64,000 bases of DNA from Pseudogymnoascus verrucosus (lineage: Eukaryota): assembly GCA_001662655.1 (NCBI GenBank), contig KV460212.1; one strand, 5' to 3'. Position 1 is the first letter of the stretch. Every line of letters begins with the position of its first letter. The translations under genes and the position numbers were made by a program. Of the stretch, positions 45,798-58,702 are shown one piece after another. The notes under the pieces were generated by a model, which was not told the DNA's origin, ran no database searches, and saw nothing but the letters and a program-made list of their open reading frames with translations.

Positions 45798-47918
45798 ATG
45801 GTCTTCATACCGCCAGCAAGCTCCCCGGCAATGCTTGGTATACCCCCCGGGAGACCTATCCACCCAGCTTGAGCCAATGGCTAACCCAGGACATGACAGA
45901 CATTCCCGACACTGTGTCGCTGCCGGATTTCGTACTGGACAACAAATACCGATCAGTGCCCCATGAGCAGGCGAGGAATCCATTCACGTGCGGCTTGTCA
46001 GGGAAGACATATACGTCATTGGAGTGGAAAGACAGGATCGGCTGGCTTGCCAGAGCATTCCAGAAAGAGCTGGGGTTCCAGGTCAATCAGGGGACAGAGT
46101 GGGAGAAAGTCATTGGCATCTATACTTTAAATACTGTGCGCTATACACCGACTCTGCCCGGACGTGCTCGCTACGCCGGCCGCAAAATTCCTAAGGAACG
46201 ATAACTAACCATACCACTCTCCAGGTCGATACTCTAACAGTATCATTCGCAGTTCAATACCTTAACGGAGTTGCCTCACCGGCCAATGCAGCGTACTCAG
46301 CTACCGAGCTTGCATACCAGTTGAAAGCCGCTGGCGCAAAGGCCATTTTTGTGAGTTACCGCAGGTCTCACCGCAATTGGATCCCTGGGCTAATCCAAGA
46401 CCCAGACCTGCATTCCTCTCATCGAAAATGCTCTCCAGGCTGCAAAAATCGTTGGAATCCCAGAAAAGCATGTCTACATACTGGAAATGGCAGATTCCTT
46501 CACAGGTGGCAAGAAGGTACCATTCAAGACGGTAGGGGAGCTCATCGAACAGGGCAAGAATTTGCCAGCTCTTGAGCCCTCGAAATGGACCCAGGGTCAA
46601 GGTGAGAGACAAACCGCGTTCCTGTGCTTCTCAAGTGGCACATCCGGATTACCAGTAAGTAGGCACTTTTGTTTCACACCACCCATGCCTAACCAAGCCA
46701 TAGAAAGCAGTCATGATCTCCCACCGGAACTGCATCACGAACATCATCCAGATAACCCTTCACGAGCAATTCGCTCGCGCCGGAAAGGGGTCTAAAGGAG
46801 GACCACGCCAAGACGTAGCCCTGGGTCTTCTCCCATTCTCCCACATCTACGGCCTCGTAATCATTTGCTTGACTGGCGCATTCCGCGGCGACGAGACCAT
46901 CGTACTCCCCAAGTTCGAGCTGGCGACCTTCCTCCAAGCTATCCAAGAGTACGCACCGCCCCCACCCACGCTACAACTGAACATCCCAGCTAACCCAACC
47001 TAGATACAAGATCAGCGTCCTCTTCATCGTCCCCCCCATCGTCATTGGCCTCATCAACGCCCACCAAATCTCCTCCCGCTACGACCTCACCTCCGTAGAA
47101 TCACTCTTCACTGGCGCCGCCCCCCTCGGCGAGTCCACGGCCCGCGACCTCGCCAAACTACACCCAACATGGCTCATCCGCCAAGGGTACGGCATGACCG
47201 AGACCTGCACCGGCGTGTGCCTCACGACAGAAGAGGACGTCTGGTTCGGTTCCTCAGGCCACCTACTCCCCGGCTTCAAGGTTAAGATCGTGCGCCCCGA
47301 CGGTTCCGAGGTGACAGCCCACGACGAGGAAGGAGAGCTGCTCGTGCAATCCCACTCCGTCGTCCTGGGGTACCTCAATAATCCCGAAGCGAACGCGGAG
47401 ACTTTCCTCCCTGACACGGATGGGAATGGGCGCTGGATTCGCACGGGGGATGTGGCGATCGTGTCTGTGGCGCCGAGTGGGAATGAGCATATTACTATTA
47501 CGGAGCGGATTAAGGAGCTCATCAAGGTCAATGTAAGTCCCCTTTACGTGCTGGTCTATATGTCCCAGTCTAACGAGATTAGGGCCACCAAGTCGCTCCA
47601 GCTGAGCTGGAGGCTCTTCTCCTCTCGCATCCGTCGGTTGCGGATGCGGCTGTGATTCCTGTGCCGAATGATCGTGCTGGTGAGGTTCCTCGCGCGTATG
47701 TGGTTAAGTCGGCGAAGGTGTCGGTCGAGGACAATGATAAGATTGTTAAGCGTGATATTGCCAAGTATGTGGAGGCGAATAAGAGTCGGTATAAGTGGTT
47801 GGCGGGGGGGATTGAGTTTATTGATGTTATTCCCAAGAGTCCGAGTGGGAAGATTTTGAGGAGGTTGCTGAGGGATAAGGAGAAGGAGGATAGGAGGAAG
47901 GCGGGGGTAAAGTTGTAG
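45798..47918 (+). CDS. 4-coumarate/phenylacetate-CoA ligase-like adenylating enzyme; exons 45798-45837, 45900-46135, 46225-46350, 46406-46654, 46704-46948, 47004-47532, 47583-47918
   Basis: FSSGTSGLP|KAVMISH, LPFSHIYGL, GAAPL, QGYGMTE, RTGD, KELIKVN|GHQVAPAELE, IPKSPSGKILRR. The C-terminal -VKL is PTS1-like. Confidence 0.93.
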
Positions 47919-48289
47919 GGGAGGGGATGATATATTGAAAAGATATGTGAGAAGAAAGATTTTATAAATGAATATATATTAGTTTATACTCACCGGAGGA
48001 TAATCCGTCAACAAACCTGGCATATACGTCAACTATGTCGTCGACAGTACGGGTAGCTATCTTACTAAATATGACCTCTCGAGAACAATTGAGGTTATGG
48101 GTTTGAAAGTGAGGAGGAATAGCCATTACATATAAGTCAGGAAATGCGCGCTTTGATAGATCGAACATTCCAGATCGACATGTCTGCATTCGCGAGTCTA
48201 AGCCTACTCGAGAACATGAGAGAGAGATGATTTCTCATTCTTTTGCTTCGTTTTGATTTGAGGGTTATGGGTGGATACCGCTATACTCC

Positions 48290-48376
48290 CCGTCGCCGTT
48301 TGCCCCTTTGTCACCGTTGCCCTCCTGTCACCGCCGTCCCCCTGTCACCGTTGCCCTGCTGTCACTATCGCCCCTC
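48290..48376. repeat. Short tandem repeat, ~17-bp unit (TGTCACCGTTGCCCTCC-like), ~5 copies
   Basis: TGTCACCG/TGTCACTA recurs at ~16-17 nt spacing. Confidence 0.6.
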
Positions 48377-49915
48377 AAAAGACTATACCGCGATTGGGCT
48401 GTTCATCCAAGCGGCAATGTATCCTTCGACTGCGTACGTCCTGGAAACAGATGTTGGCTGCATGCTTCGAATAGTTCATGACACACGTACTGGATGTGTG
48501 GTTCTTGTGGTTCTTGTTGTTATTGATATCTCTAGTTCCGCTTTATTATATATACTATCCAGTATAGTCAGGCTTCTCGATATCTGGTTAGAGAATCCCA
48601 CCTCACTGAGTCCACATAGAAGCTGCCCCTCTGCCTTGTGCAAGACGCGGCCACCACCCATTATAATGATATACCGTAGCCAGTCGTCGTCCGAGCTGGG
48701 GATCTCGCAGTTACAAGTGGGACGCATAACGTTTTACAATAAAGACAACAATGCTGTTAATACTCCCCCCCTCACAAAATCCCACACACCTTTCATACCC
48801 TAATCACTGAAAACCTTCCATATATTTCACATCTCAATTCCCAAGTCTATCTCAATATACCTCATTACCCTCCTCCCACCATCTCCTCCTCCTCTTCCCC
48901 TTCCCACCCCCCCCCACCCCCCTATCCACACACCACACCAACAAACAAAGGCACACACACAATCTATACAAAAAAAAAAGTCCCCTTCCCCCTCCGCCCA
49001 AACCACACCGTCGCCCAAACACCAATCCCCGCACTCGGACCAGCAAACGGGGGAGCAAACGAGACCATACAAGACCAGACAAGACAAAGACATGACCAAC
49101 CCTCCTCCTCCCCCGCCCTCCCTCCCAAACGCCATCAACAAATGCCGCAGAACAAACAGACGGGAATAGAAATGCACACTTACGACATAAGACATAGGCC
49201 AGTCCCAAAAAGACAAACCAAACAACCCCCGGGCAAAAATAAAACTAAAAACACCCAGCCCATTTTTTGGTACCCGCCCGCCCTGTATTTGGAAGGAAGA
49301 AGAAGAACAAAAAGTCCCCTCCAACGTACCGCGCGCGTGCTAGACTTTGGTCTCGTTTCATTCTTAAAAAATCGAAGGAAAAAAACAGGAGACGAGTGAG
49401 TGCTCTCTGTCCCTTTTCTCTCCTTTCCTCATTTCTGTTCTGATTTCTGATCTGTGACTTGTGATTTTTTTGGTGCGAATTTCATTTCCTGTTTTTTCTC
49501 TTCATATGCTGTACTAAAAAACCTGGGCGGTGGCTTATACGTCCCGAGTCAAGAGGCGCCGCTACCGAACTCCCCCTAACCCCCCCGCACCATTTCCCTA
49601 TAACGCTCCATTTATCTTTTTCCCCAATTCCAATTCTAGTACAAAGGTGGAGGGAAGTGTCTCCCATTTCCCATTCCCGCCACCACCACCACCACCACCA
49701 CCAACCACCCGCGCGGCTCGTGGGCGCGCGCAGGGGAGGCGGGGGGGGATCGATTTTCCTACCTACTCACACAAAGCGACGCGAGGGGCTCGCATGGCCC
49801 CGCATCCTATTCCCCCATCTGGAAAGCCGCAGCAAGCGAGCAGTCCGGGTCCGTCCCATGACATCCAGAGGAGCCCATATACATCGCATCACAACCAAAC
49901 AGCACGTCTATAAAA

Positions 49916-52900
49916 CTACCCCCCCTTCCTATCGGCCTCGAACCTCGGCAGCTCCTCCGCCTCTGCATTACCGCCGCCCTTTCCTGTCCCGTCCTGACCT
50001 CTCCGCTTCCCCTTCTGTATCTGCTGCCAGGTCCCTACGCCGCCGCCCTCGCTCTTGGCGCCGCGTGTATGCCCATTCGGCATCCCGATCCCCTTATTCC
50101 CATTCGCGAGTGGCGACGGATTGCGCCCCGCGTTCCCCAACGACCCCGCGCTCTCGCGCAGTGGTGACGGCGGCGGCGCAAACGCAGAAGAATCGGTTTT
50201 GCGGCTCGCGGTCGGCGAGGGCGAGCGCGTCTCGAAGACGGGGGAGAGATGCGGGACGTCACGTAGAGCGTCCGCCTTCTGCGGGCCTAGGTCCAGTGGC
50301 GACATCCCCGTTCCCTGGGACCGGGATGGTCGGTTGCGGACACTCGGTGAGGAGGGTTGAGCAGGAGTTGACGTGCCCGGGGATATAGCGCCGGTCTGGG
50401 TTGCGTGGCTATAGCTTTGGGCCGAGGATGGCGCAAAGTTAGAAGTCGACGGTGGCCCGAGATGGGTCTCCACGGCAGGTCTTTGCCTCTGCCGAGAGGA
50501 CGGCGATGGTTCTCTCTCGGACCTATTTCTAGGTGGCAGCGACACTGCGAGTCCCGAATTCTGCGGGGGTTGCATGTTCCTACTATCGGCGTCTTGAGGT
50601 GTCAGATACAATGAATCAACAGAAGCACCTAATGCATCATGATATTGATCCTCTGAAGAGCTTCCACTGGCAGATGACGGTGCCCCCGATGCGCGGGAGT
50701 GAGGTATCGAGAAGGATCCATTCACGATTAGAGGCGATAGCTCATTCAGACTCCGGACATTGGTATTCGATACCGCATGGGGAACTCCTCCATACGCAGC
50801 AGGTATGGCTCTCGCCCCCGTAGTGTAACCGCGATCCCGCCCAAGTGGAGATGGTGACCTTGAAGTACGGCGCAAGCGCTCGAGTATAGCCTGAGGGAAC
50901 TGCTCTGTGGATAACCTGCGGTGACCCGGTGACGCGGAGACCGTGGAATGGAAATTGGACTCTATAGGGTTCTGGTAAATTATCGACCCGTTCAATCCAT
51001 AGCCCTTGTAGTCCTTTTCAAACCCGCCAGCTGGCAGCGAATCCGCTCGGCTAGCCACCGAGTCGGTGTCGAACCCGGGTCTGCCGTTCTCATTCGCACT
51101 TGGGGGATGCGATGTTATGTCACCAGGATGCAACGGCGAATACGATTGCTGACCTTCCATCCCATACTGCGTGAGAATGGGCGACAGGGTCGTGCGAGCA
51201 GCAGGCGTAGAGTGAGACCTGGCTGAGCTATTCGACACCGCACCACCGGGTCCCGATCCGCTGGTCACACTTGACCTGTGCAGACTGCGTCGCAATTCTG
51301 GCACAGCAGATGGGATTGCGGGGGATGAGGGGTAAGTGTTCGGGCCTTGTTGTGGTCCAAACCCGGCGGGGTACTGGAACGAGACAGAGGGATAGTAGTA
51401 CAGTGGTGCAGTTAACGGGGGGTTGTCGAACGACATCCCTCGATTCCTGTCGGCTGCTTGCTGCGATGTAACCGGAGCGTTCGGCTGTAACCTATGCGTT
51501 TGAGCAAACGCCTCCATACGCTGTTGGCCTTGCGCGTAGTTCTGCTCTTGGCTGTACAGCTGGAGCCTGAGGAGGTTGTCCTTTTGTGCCTCCAAAGTCA
51601 TGTACAACTCATGAAGCTGCAGCTGGGCTTGTTGATTCTGAATCCATGTTTCGCTGGGCGACATTCCTTGGGGAGTGGCCAACGGAGGATAGCCATTGCT
51701 GCCATCATACGTAGCACTTGAAGCCCGACGGCCTCCTTGGTTATTCCTGTTGTGGTTGGTGTTTCGACCACGTCCGCCATTACCCCCGCCACGGCCACCA
51801 CCTCTGGACTGAGACACACTCCGCACAACAACTGGGCGAGAAGCAGTCGGCTTCTCCCATACCCTCTCTTCCTCCTTGGGGAACACGTATTGCTCGCAGC
51901 ACTCATCCAGTTTCGTCTCGGCAATCAGATCGAAGGCTCGTCGTAACTCCAAATGTAGGCCTCGGAATGTGAAGTCGTCAGCCGTGTTCCCCAGATTGCG
52001 CCCGACGTTGAACGGCTCCTCGACACATAACCTGTTGTTATTTGCCAGGTTCCAGCCCTTCTCTTGTTTTGACACTAGCTTCCCATTTCTAACGGAAAGA
52101 ACGTGCTTGTCGTAGTCAAGCTCGTGAGCATAAAATCGAAAAAACCGGAACAAGAGCTCCCCTAAGCTCTGCTTGCTGGACTTGCCACATTCTCGTAATG
52201 CCTCCAAGTCGTCGGCAAATGCGCTTTCGTGTCCATCGGCCTGGGGCAATCGTTGGTGCTGTGGGTCATGAAGAACAGGAAGTACCGGCGGTTCTTGTAG
52301 TTGGAGGAAGTTGATGATCATGCATATCCATGTATACGAGCTGAGGGTTCCACCATAGGCTAGTTATTGTCAGCAAATATAACCCCCGCGATAGTCAGCC
52401 AGCAGCTCTTACCCGCATCATTAAGTATCCTCCTCTTCGTCCAGTGTTTTATAATCATCGCAAGAGGCCGTACTCGAGGGTCAACCTGTACGTAGGTCTT
52501 GATCATTCGCGTATTTTCCAACGCCAATGTGTTGTTTACGTTCATGTCGCATGCGAGGCCGAGTTCCGGGTCCCAGATCTTCACGATTGGTACCTTTGCT
52601 GTCGAGACGCAGTTGACTTTCGTCATTCCATCTGGGAAGATCAGCGGTGTCTCGCTACAGGGGGGGTCGGGTACAACTTACTTCGATACAGTAAATCAGC
52701 GAGCATGCAGACTCGTTCGAGCTCCTTCCACTCGGTTGTAATGCAGATGTCAACTGTTCCCGTTAGCCTTGCCATGCGTCGTAGTGGATTGGTGAATCGT
52801 AGACATACCGTCAGATTCATCGGTGCAAAGAAGATTGCCCGATGACCCAAAGACATGAACTTTTATATCGTGGCCCGGCCACTCCGTATTCAGCAGATGT

Positions 52901-53811
52901 TCCAATTTTTGTACAAATCGTTGCCTCTTCGCCTCGCTCTCGTCGGTGGGCAGCAGCTCGGCATACAGCTTCTCCATGTCCGCCGTGAGCTTCTTGTCTT
53001 CGTCTGGTGACAGTTTCGCCTTTATACTCGACTGCTTCGGCTGATCCAACCTCTCGCTACCCAGGCTGTAGGGCATTCGCCTCCTCGAGTGTGCCATCCC
53101 CGTCTCGTGTGTGCATCGAACCCATTTTGAGGGCAGCGATCGGTATGTGGGGTATGCAGAACTCGTCTCTGAGTAAGCAGATCGTGGGGAGTGGCTCGGT
53201 GCTGGGATCGGAGAGGGTTCTCTCGAGGCTGTCGAGAATTTCCGGGCGCGCTGGTGCGGCGTCGTGGGCACCGAGCTCGACTGCTGCGTGAGCGCCGAGT
53301 GCTGGTGTTGGGGCTGCGGTCTCGACAGCTGCGGCTTCGGGGCGTCTGCTTTCTTGGGACCCATGGTGGCGAGGGATTGTTCTGCTATGAGCGGGCGCTC
53401 GCCGTTTCCAGTAATGCTTGGTTTCTTATTCCCATGACCGAGTCTCGAGGTGCTTCGTCTTCTTTGCCTGTTTTCGTAGCCAGACGTCGTGCCGGAACGC
53501 GGCACGGCCTGGATGTGCTGTGTGGACAGCAGTGGGGGCAGAGGTGAAGATTGCACCCTCGTGGCACGGCCAGACGTGATGAGCTTGTTGTATTGTGCAA
53601 GCTGTGCCTGGTACGACGACGTCTGTTGTGGGAGAAGGTCAGGGAAAGTTTCGATTGTTGTCGAGAGTTGTGGAGACGGCTGGATCAGTGTCGCAGGAGA
53701 GAGAGGTGGTGGTGCAGCGGAGATTGCCAGAGTGTTTCGCCGGACAAGCCTTGACCACTGCGAAGAATGATATTGATGTTGAGATTGGCCCTTGTTGGAC
53801 TGACCCTCCAT
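49916..53811 (-). CDS. Non-canonical poly(A)/poly(U) RNA nucleotidyltransferase (Cid1/Cid13/CutA family); exons 53811-52809, 52753-52682, 52631-52413, 52359-49916
   Basis: VFGSSGNLLCTDESD|VDICI, AKVPIVKIWD, CDMNVNN, IKHWTKRR, GGTLSSYTW, and PAP-associated LGELLFRFFRFY..LCVEEPFN. Long disordered N- and C-termini. Confidence 0.92.
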
Positions 53812-56800
53812 CAAATTGGAGTTCCCCCTGGGCAGACCGAGTATGAGGGTTCCTGTGGAGAAAAGAGAGGTCGTTCGCAGAGATGTGAATTATTTCGAGG
53901 ACCAGGATTCGAGATTGAGGATCGGGGAGGCGGGACGGAGGGATTGGGGGGTGGAATTTGAGTGGAGGGAGGTGAGGTAGGGACGACAGGTAAAAGGGTA
54001 CGCGACCAGCGACAAAAAGGGCGTATAAAGGGTGAAGAGGAAGTGAGGTGTAGGTCAAGCCAGATTCGTGAATTATCGGCGGAACTAATTGTCGATGCGG
54101 GTGTATGGATTGTTGGAGTAGTCGGGAGTAGTCGAGAGTAGTGGGAGGGTAGTTGAGGGTTGTCGAGAGTAGTCGAGGATAGTCGAGAGTAGAGTGGTTT
54201 CCGTTCTGGCGCGGATTGATTGCAGGAGCTGGGGGGCTGAATACGGGACGATCAACAAAGTGGCCCTTCTAGGAAAGAGAGAGGCACAAAAAAAGGGTGT
54301 GGGTATGGGTAGTAGGGTGGTAGTGTAGTAGAGTAGTAGAGTAGTAGGAAACGGGTAGGGTGGTAGGTTAGGTAGGTACGGTACATACAGTAGTAGGAGT
54401 TGTAGTAGGAGTAGTAGTAGGAGTAGTAGAGTAGTAGAGTAGTAGTAGTGGTGGTGGATTGGTATGTAGAAGAAGGGAAAGATCCCTTGTCCGCTGTCCG
54501 TTGTCCGTTCCCTTGTGCGTCCGTCTCTGGCAGCTGTGAGGCTCGAGGCTCCCTTTTTTTGAGTGGATCGGCGAAAGGAAATATTATTGTTTTTTTGGTG
54601 GAGGGGGGGTATAATTTCGGGGCAAGTAAGAGGAAAAGGAGGGAAAGGTAGAGAGAGAGCAGGAGGAATCAATCAATGAGTATTATCCCCGACGCAACGA
54701 CTATGGAGCAGAGTAGAGCAGAGGAGACTGGAATCAGACTATAGTGAGGTGGAAGTGGTTGTTTAGGAAACTGGCATGGGGGGGTAAGTAATTAGGTGGG
54801 AGAGACGGGCGAGGCTTCCCTTTGTTCGAGTCGCGATGATGATCGATGGCCCTGTGTGGTGGGTTGGGATTAGTAGTGGTGGTAGAAGGTTAGTTGTGGT
54901 GGTGGATGTAACTTCTCTAAAAAGGTACAAGTAGCTACAGTAGTGTTTAATATGGGAGGGGAAGTCACTTTGCTAGATTCGGGACTCGGAAGAACTCTAT
55001 TCTGCTATTGCAGCACACTACCAGTACCACTACCACTCACTGCCAGTACCACCACTATACCACTACAACCGCCACTGCATTACCACGACGAATAACCACT
55101 AATACCACCACTACTGCACATAAATTACAGCACTTCCACTTCCACTTCCACTTCACTCCTGCTGCTGCACTCCTGCTGCTGCACTCCTACTACTCTAAAG
55201 TGTGGTAGTAGAGTACTGACAGCGGCGGCTATACTCTCTCGAAGTACCTGTCCTCTACGCCCGTGTCCTGTGCAATACGATGTACTGTCCTATATATACC
55301 TCTCCCCTTTATGCGTGTCTGTCTTTATCTCAGCTACGCCATACAAGGTCGTCCAGAGTGTGGAGTGCAGCATACATATAGCTTACATAGCATAGCATAC
55401 ACATACATATACATATAGCACACAGACGGCGTACATCCAGCTCACAGACAACCTACATCCATACAGCAAGAAATATGCTCACATCTGGAACACAGCTGAG
55501 TGCTGTCTATCCATCGCTGCACCGTACTGTGCATACTGTACTGTACTGTACCGTGCCGTGCCGTGCCGTGAGATGAGCTGTGTTCTGCAGTGTGCTCTGC
55601 TCTCAGCTGATATATATGCATCTCTGACTCGCTATTTATCGATCCATATAATACTCGGGGTCCAGCATCGATCATCCCTCGCATTCTTTTGCCCAGATTA
55701 TCGGTGGACCCCTTCCTTGACTAGATGTACCTTATTTTTAACCCTTATCCCCCCCTTATCCACTCTGCCGCCCCTTCCATCGCTCCTTCCATCGCTCCTT
55801 CCACCCCTTCTTTCGTTCCACACCATACCACAGTAATATACGACAACATACGACATACGACAAATATACGGCACCAACCAAATTACCCCTAAAACTGTCT
55901 ATATTCTATATTAAACACATCAATTCCCCTCAACTCTTTATTCGCCTTTGATTATCTCTATTCTTGTTAACACCACCACTCACGACTATCTCTTTCTCTT
56001 TATCTCTCTCTTTCTCTCTCTCTCTCTCTTTCAGACATCTCTTTCAACCACCAATCCACCCTCTCATGCGCCAGTCAGACCACCCGCACATCGTGTCTGA
56101 GTGAGTTTTGACTGCACCATCCACCATCCAACATCCACGGGTGACCCTTACCTCCGGGTCTCCCTCTCCTAACTCCTGCTTTCATGTCTCCCCCAAATTC
56201 TTTGTAACCCAGACGACATATATCCTTTCTCCGCCCACTCACACACGCATACACATACACATACATCTATCCCGCGCACGCCAAAACCATCATGTGCCTA
56301 CCCTCTACGTGCCGCCTACCCTCTCTCCCCGGGAAGGCGCACCGCATCGCATCGCAGCTCCCCTCCTTATTGCCCACTCACTCGCAGCACTAGCCGCCCC
56401 CCTCATCCCATATCCCCAATCCCGTCTAGGCCTCTCTTTTCCCCGATCTGCCTGAACTGAACCTCGAAAGAAAAAAAACGAGCTGTCAACTTTCTGCCCC
56501 GCCAAATCGCTCACATATCAATCAGCCTGAACCCCTCCCCACAAATACCCGCATTCCTGCCGCGCTGCACTGTATGACGGAGTGAACGAATGGAGAAAGC
56601 GGGATAGGTGCTCCACAGGCACAGGCGGCTTTGCGGTTTTGACTTCCTAGACCTAGACAGCATGGACGGCATGTCATGTCTGTTCTTGATGCACAGTATG
56701 TTGACGTGAAAGGAATGATCCCTAGCTCGCCGGCTTGGCTAGCGAATCATCTCCTAGTCGCCTCGAACTGTTTATTAACCATCAAGTCTCTATGGACAGA

Positions 56801-58046
56801 GAGCAGATGTCAGTCGTGAGAAAGCTGAGTGAGCTGAAGGAGGAGCTGCCGGTACCGACCTCTTCCCCCCGCCGTAACAGCAAAGTCGGACCTTCAATCC
56901 ATCCATATTACCGCATCACATCGCATCACATCGCCCATCAACAACACACGTGGCCTCAGCATCGCATCGACGCTGTACTCTACTCTACTCTAGTCTATTC
57001 TACTCTATATCCCTCCCTCTCCTTGCATGACACTTCCCCCTCCTTGGCGTGTGTACACCACCCCCCGTCCGTCCCTCCCGCTGTCTCTCCGCAACCAGCT
57101 GGCGGCACCACGAACTATCCCTTACCTCATCCGTGCGACTGATCTCCCGTCCTATCCGCACTCGCAGGTTATACCCAAAATCCCCGTCTCGTCTAGCACA
57201 TAGCATATCCTATTCGTCCTGTTCCCCATCGCTAACCCCAGACTCACCCGCGCCTCTCCAAGTCCTGCCGTCTCTCATCCCAACCCAGCCCCCATCCCTC
57301 TCAAGGCTAAACACCACAGAACCTCCACAGCGTAACCATACACATACTCACAATATAAGCAATCCCACGCCAGCCACCATCTCATCTCATCGCACGGTCC
57401 CGACACGGCCAACCACCACGCCAATCCCCTCGCCCCCAAACCGTCCTCCCTCGCTCATCCCCGCTCCGATCCCCCGTCCTGACGGCAGTGGCGTCAAGCT
57501 AGGTCTGCTAGGCTACTCACTTCTCGTTTCTAAATATTCGCTTCCTGGCTTTGGCATATCATCCATTTCTTCCTGATCAGTTATCACTCCTTCAACCACT
57601 CTTGCCTTCTCAACTTCCCCCCTCCTTCCCTTCCCTTCCATTCCTTCGGCGGCTCCGTCAGACCAGGTAGAGGGTGTAAGCGAATCCGCTTGTCCTCGTA
57701 CTGGGCTGGGTCTGAGGCGCTTAGGAATACGACGGGAATTCCCGCACCGGGTTGCTGCATTGTGTTTTTTTGGTCCCCCGAGCGAGTCCGGTTGGGTCAT
57801 TCTCGTACTCTGATGTACGAGGAGGATGGGATGCAAGGGGGTATGTATGGGTTGGTTGGTTGGTTGGGTGGACAGAGAGGGTATCACGTGTTACCTTCTA
57901 CATGGAGTCACGTGGTGTTTTGACCTAGATGCATCTGCATAAAACATAGTGCATATATGCAGGTTATGAAACCTAAAGTAATATATGTGATCTATACCTA
58001 GCTTTATAGCATAGTGCAAGAGAGCCTTAGCTAAATAGGGTACTAG

Positions 58047-58299
58047 AAAGGAAGGAACATTTCATCCCTATAGAGTCGATCGTTCCTTCCTTAGTTTGTC
58101 GGTCGTTCCTTCCTTAGTTTGTCGGTCGTTCCTTCCTTAGTTTATCGGTCGTTCTTTCCTCACGACGTCGGTCGTGCCTTCCCTTAGTAACTGTAAAACC
58201 CAAGGTGAGAAGGAACATTCCTTCTTTAAATAGTCGGTCGTTCCTTCCCTAACAAATGTAAAGTTTAAGGAAGGAAGGAACGCCCCTTCCCCTCTAGAG
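58047..58299. repeat. Nested repeat: 23-bp tandem unit (x~5) with inverted AAGGAAGGAAC copies
   Basis: TCGGTCGTTCCTTCCTTAGTTTG repeats between 58076 and 58187. Complementary (G)GAAGGAAC copies lie near 58050, 58210 and 58270. Confidence 0.8.
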
Positions 58300-58421
58300 G
58301 TGGTAGGAGACCTAGAAAATTAGGTTCAGACAGCTCATTTACTAGCATATTCACCGTGCTAACGGACCCTCTAGTTTCCTCATATTTCTCACCTAAGCTG
58401 TCTACGTACTATAGTAGTATG

Positions 58422-58548
58422 CTCTTTCTCTATAATGTGGGGTAGACTAGTGGTTTCCTCTTTTCTCTACAATGTGGGGTAGTATCCTCTCTTTCTCTAT
58501 AATGCGGGGAGACTGGTAGCTTCCTCTTTCTCTACAATGTGGGGTAGA
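58422..58548. repeat. ~30-36-bp tandem repeat (x4) in the P450 upstream region
   Basis: The core CTCTTTCTCTAYAATGYGGGG occurs four times, with one mismatch in the second copy. Confidence 0.8.
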
Positions 58549-58702
58549 TGAGGTTCCCCATAAACTCGTCTGCCGCAGCAGTAACGTGAGCAGGTATCGA
58601 CCATTGATAAACATCACCTATACTTCAACTTCGCACTAAGTGTCTATTGCACAAAGCGATCTTTTGTAGCCGTATATCACTTAGGCAGATCAAAGTTTAA
58701 CC

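Noticed and set aside
9368..53811. Genome-maintenance cluster (DUF2439, ATR, SRA-AlkB, Cid13-like)
   Set aside because: The genes are interspersed with unrelated housekeeping genes over 45 kb. Without synteny data this is compatible with chance.
53900..57900. Many 60-195-aa ORFs in the low-complexity region (also 48243-50388 and 60910-62306)
   Set aside because: They arise from microsatellites and strand skew, or are antisense shadows of real genes, and have no domain-like content.
55900..57920. Telomerase RNA candidate (right size, non-coding)
   Set aside because: No TAACCCTAA-type template was found here. The only such 9-mer I saw is inside the 98-nt ATR intron near 19705.
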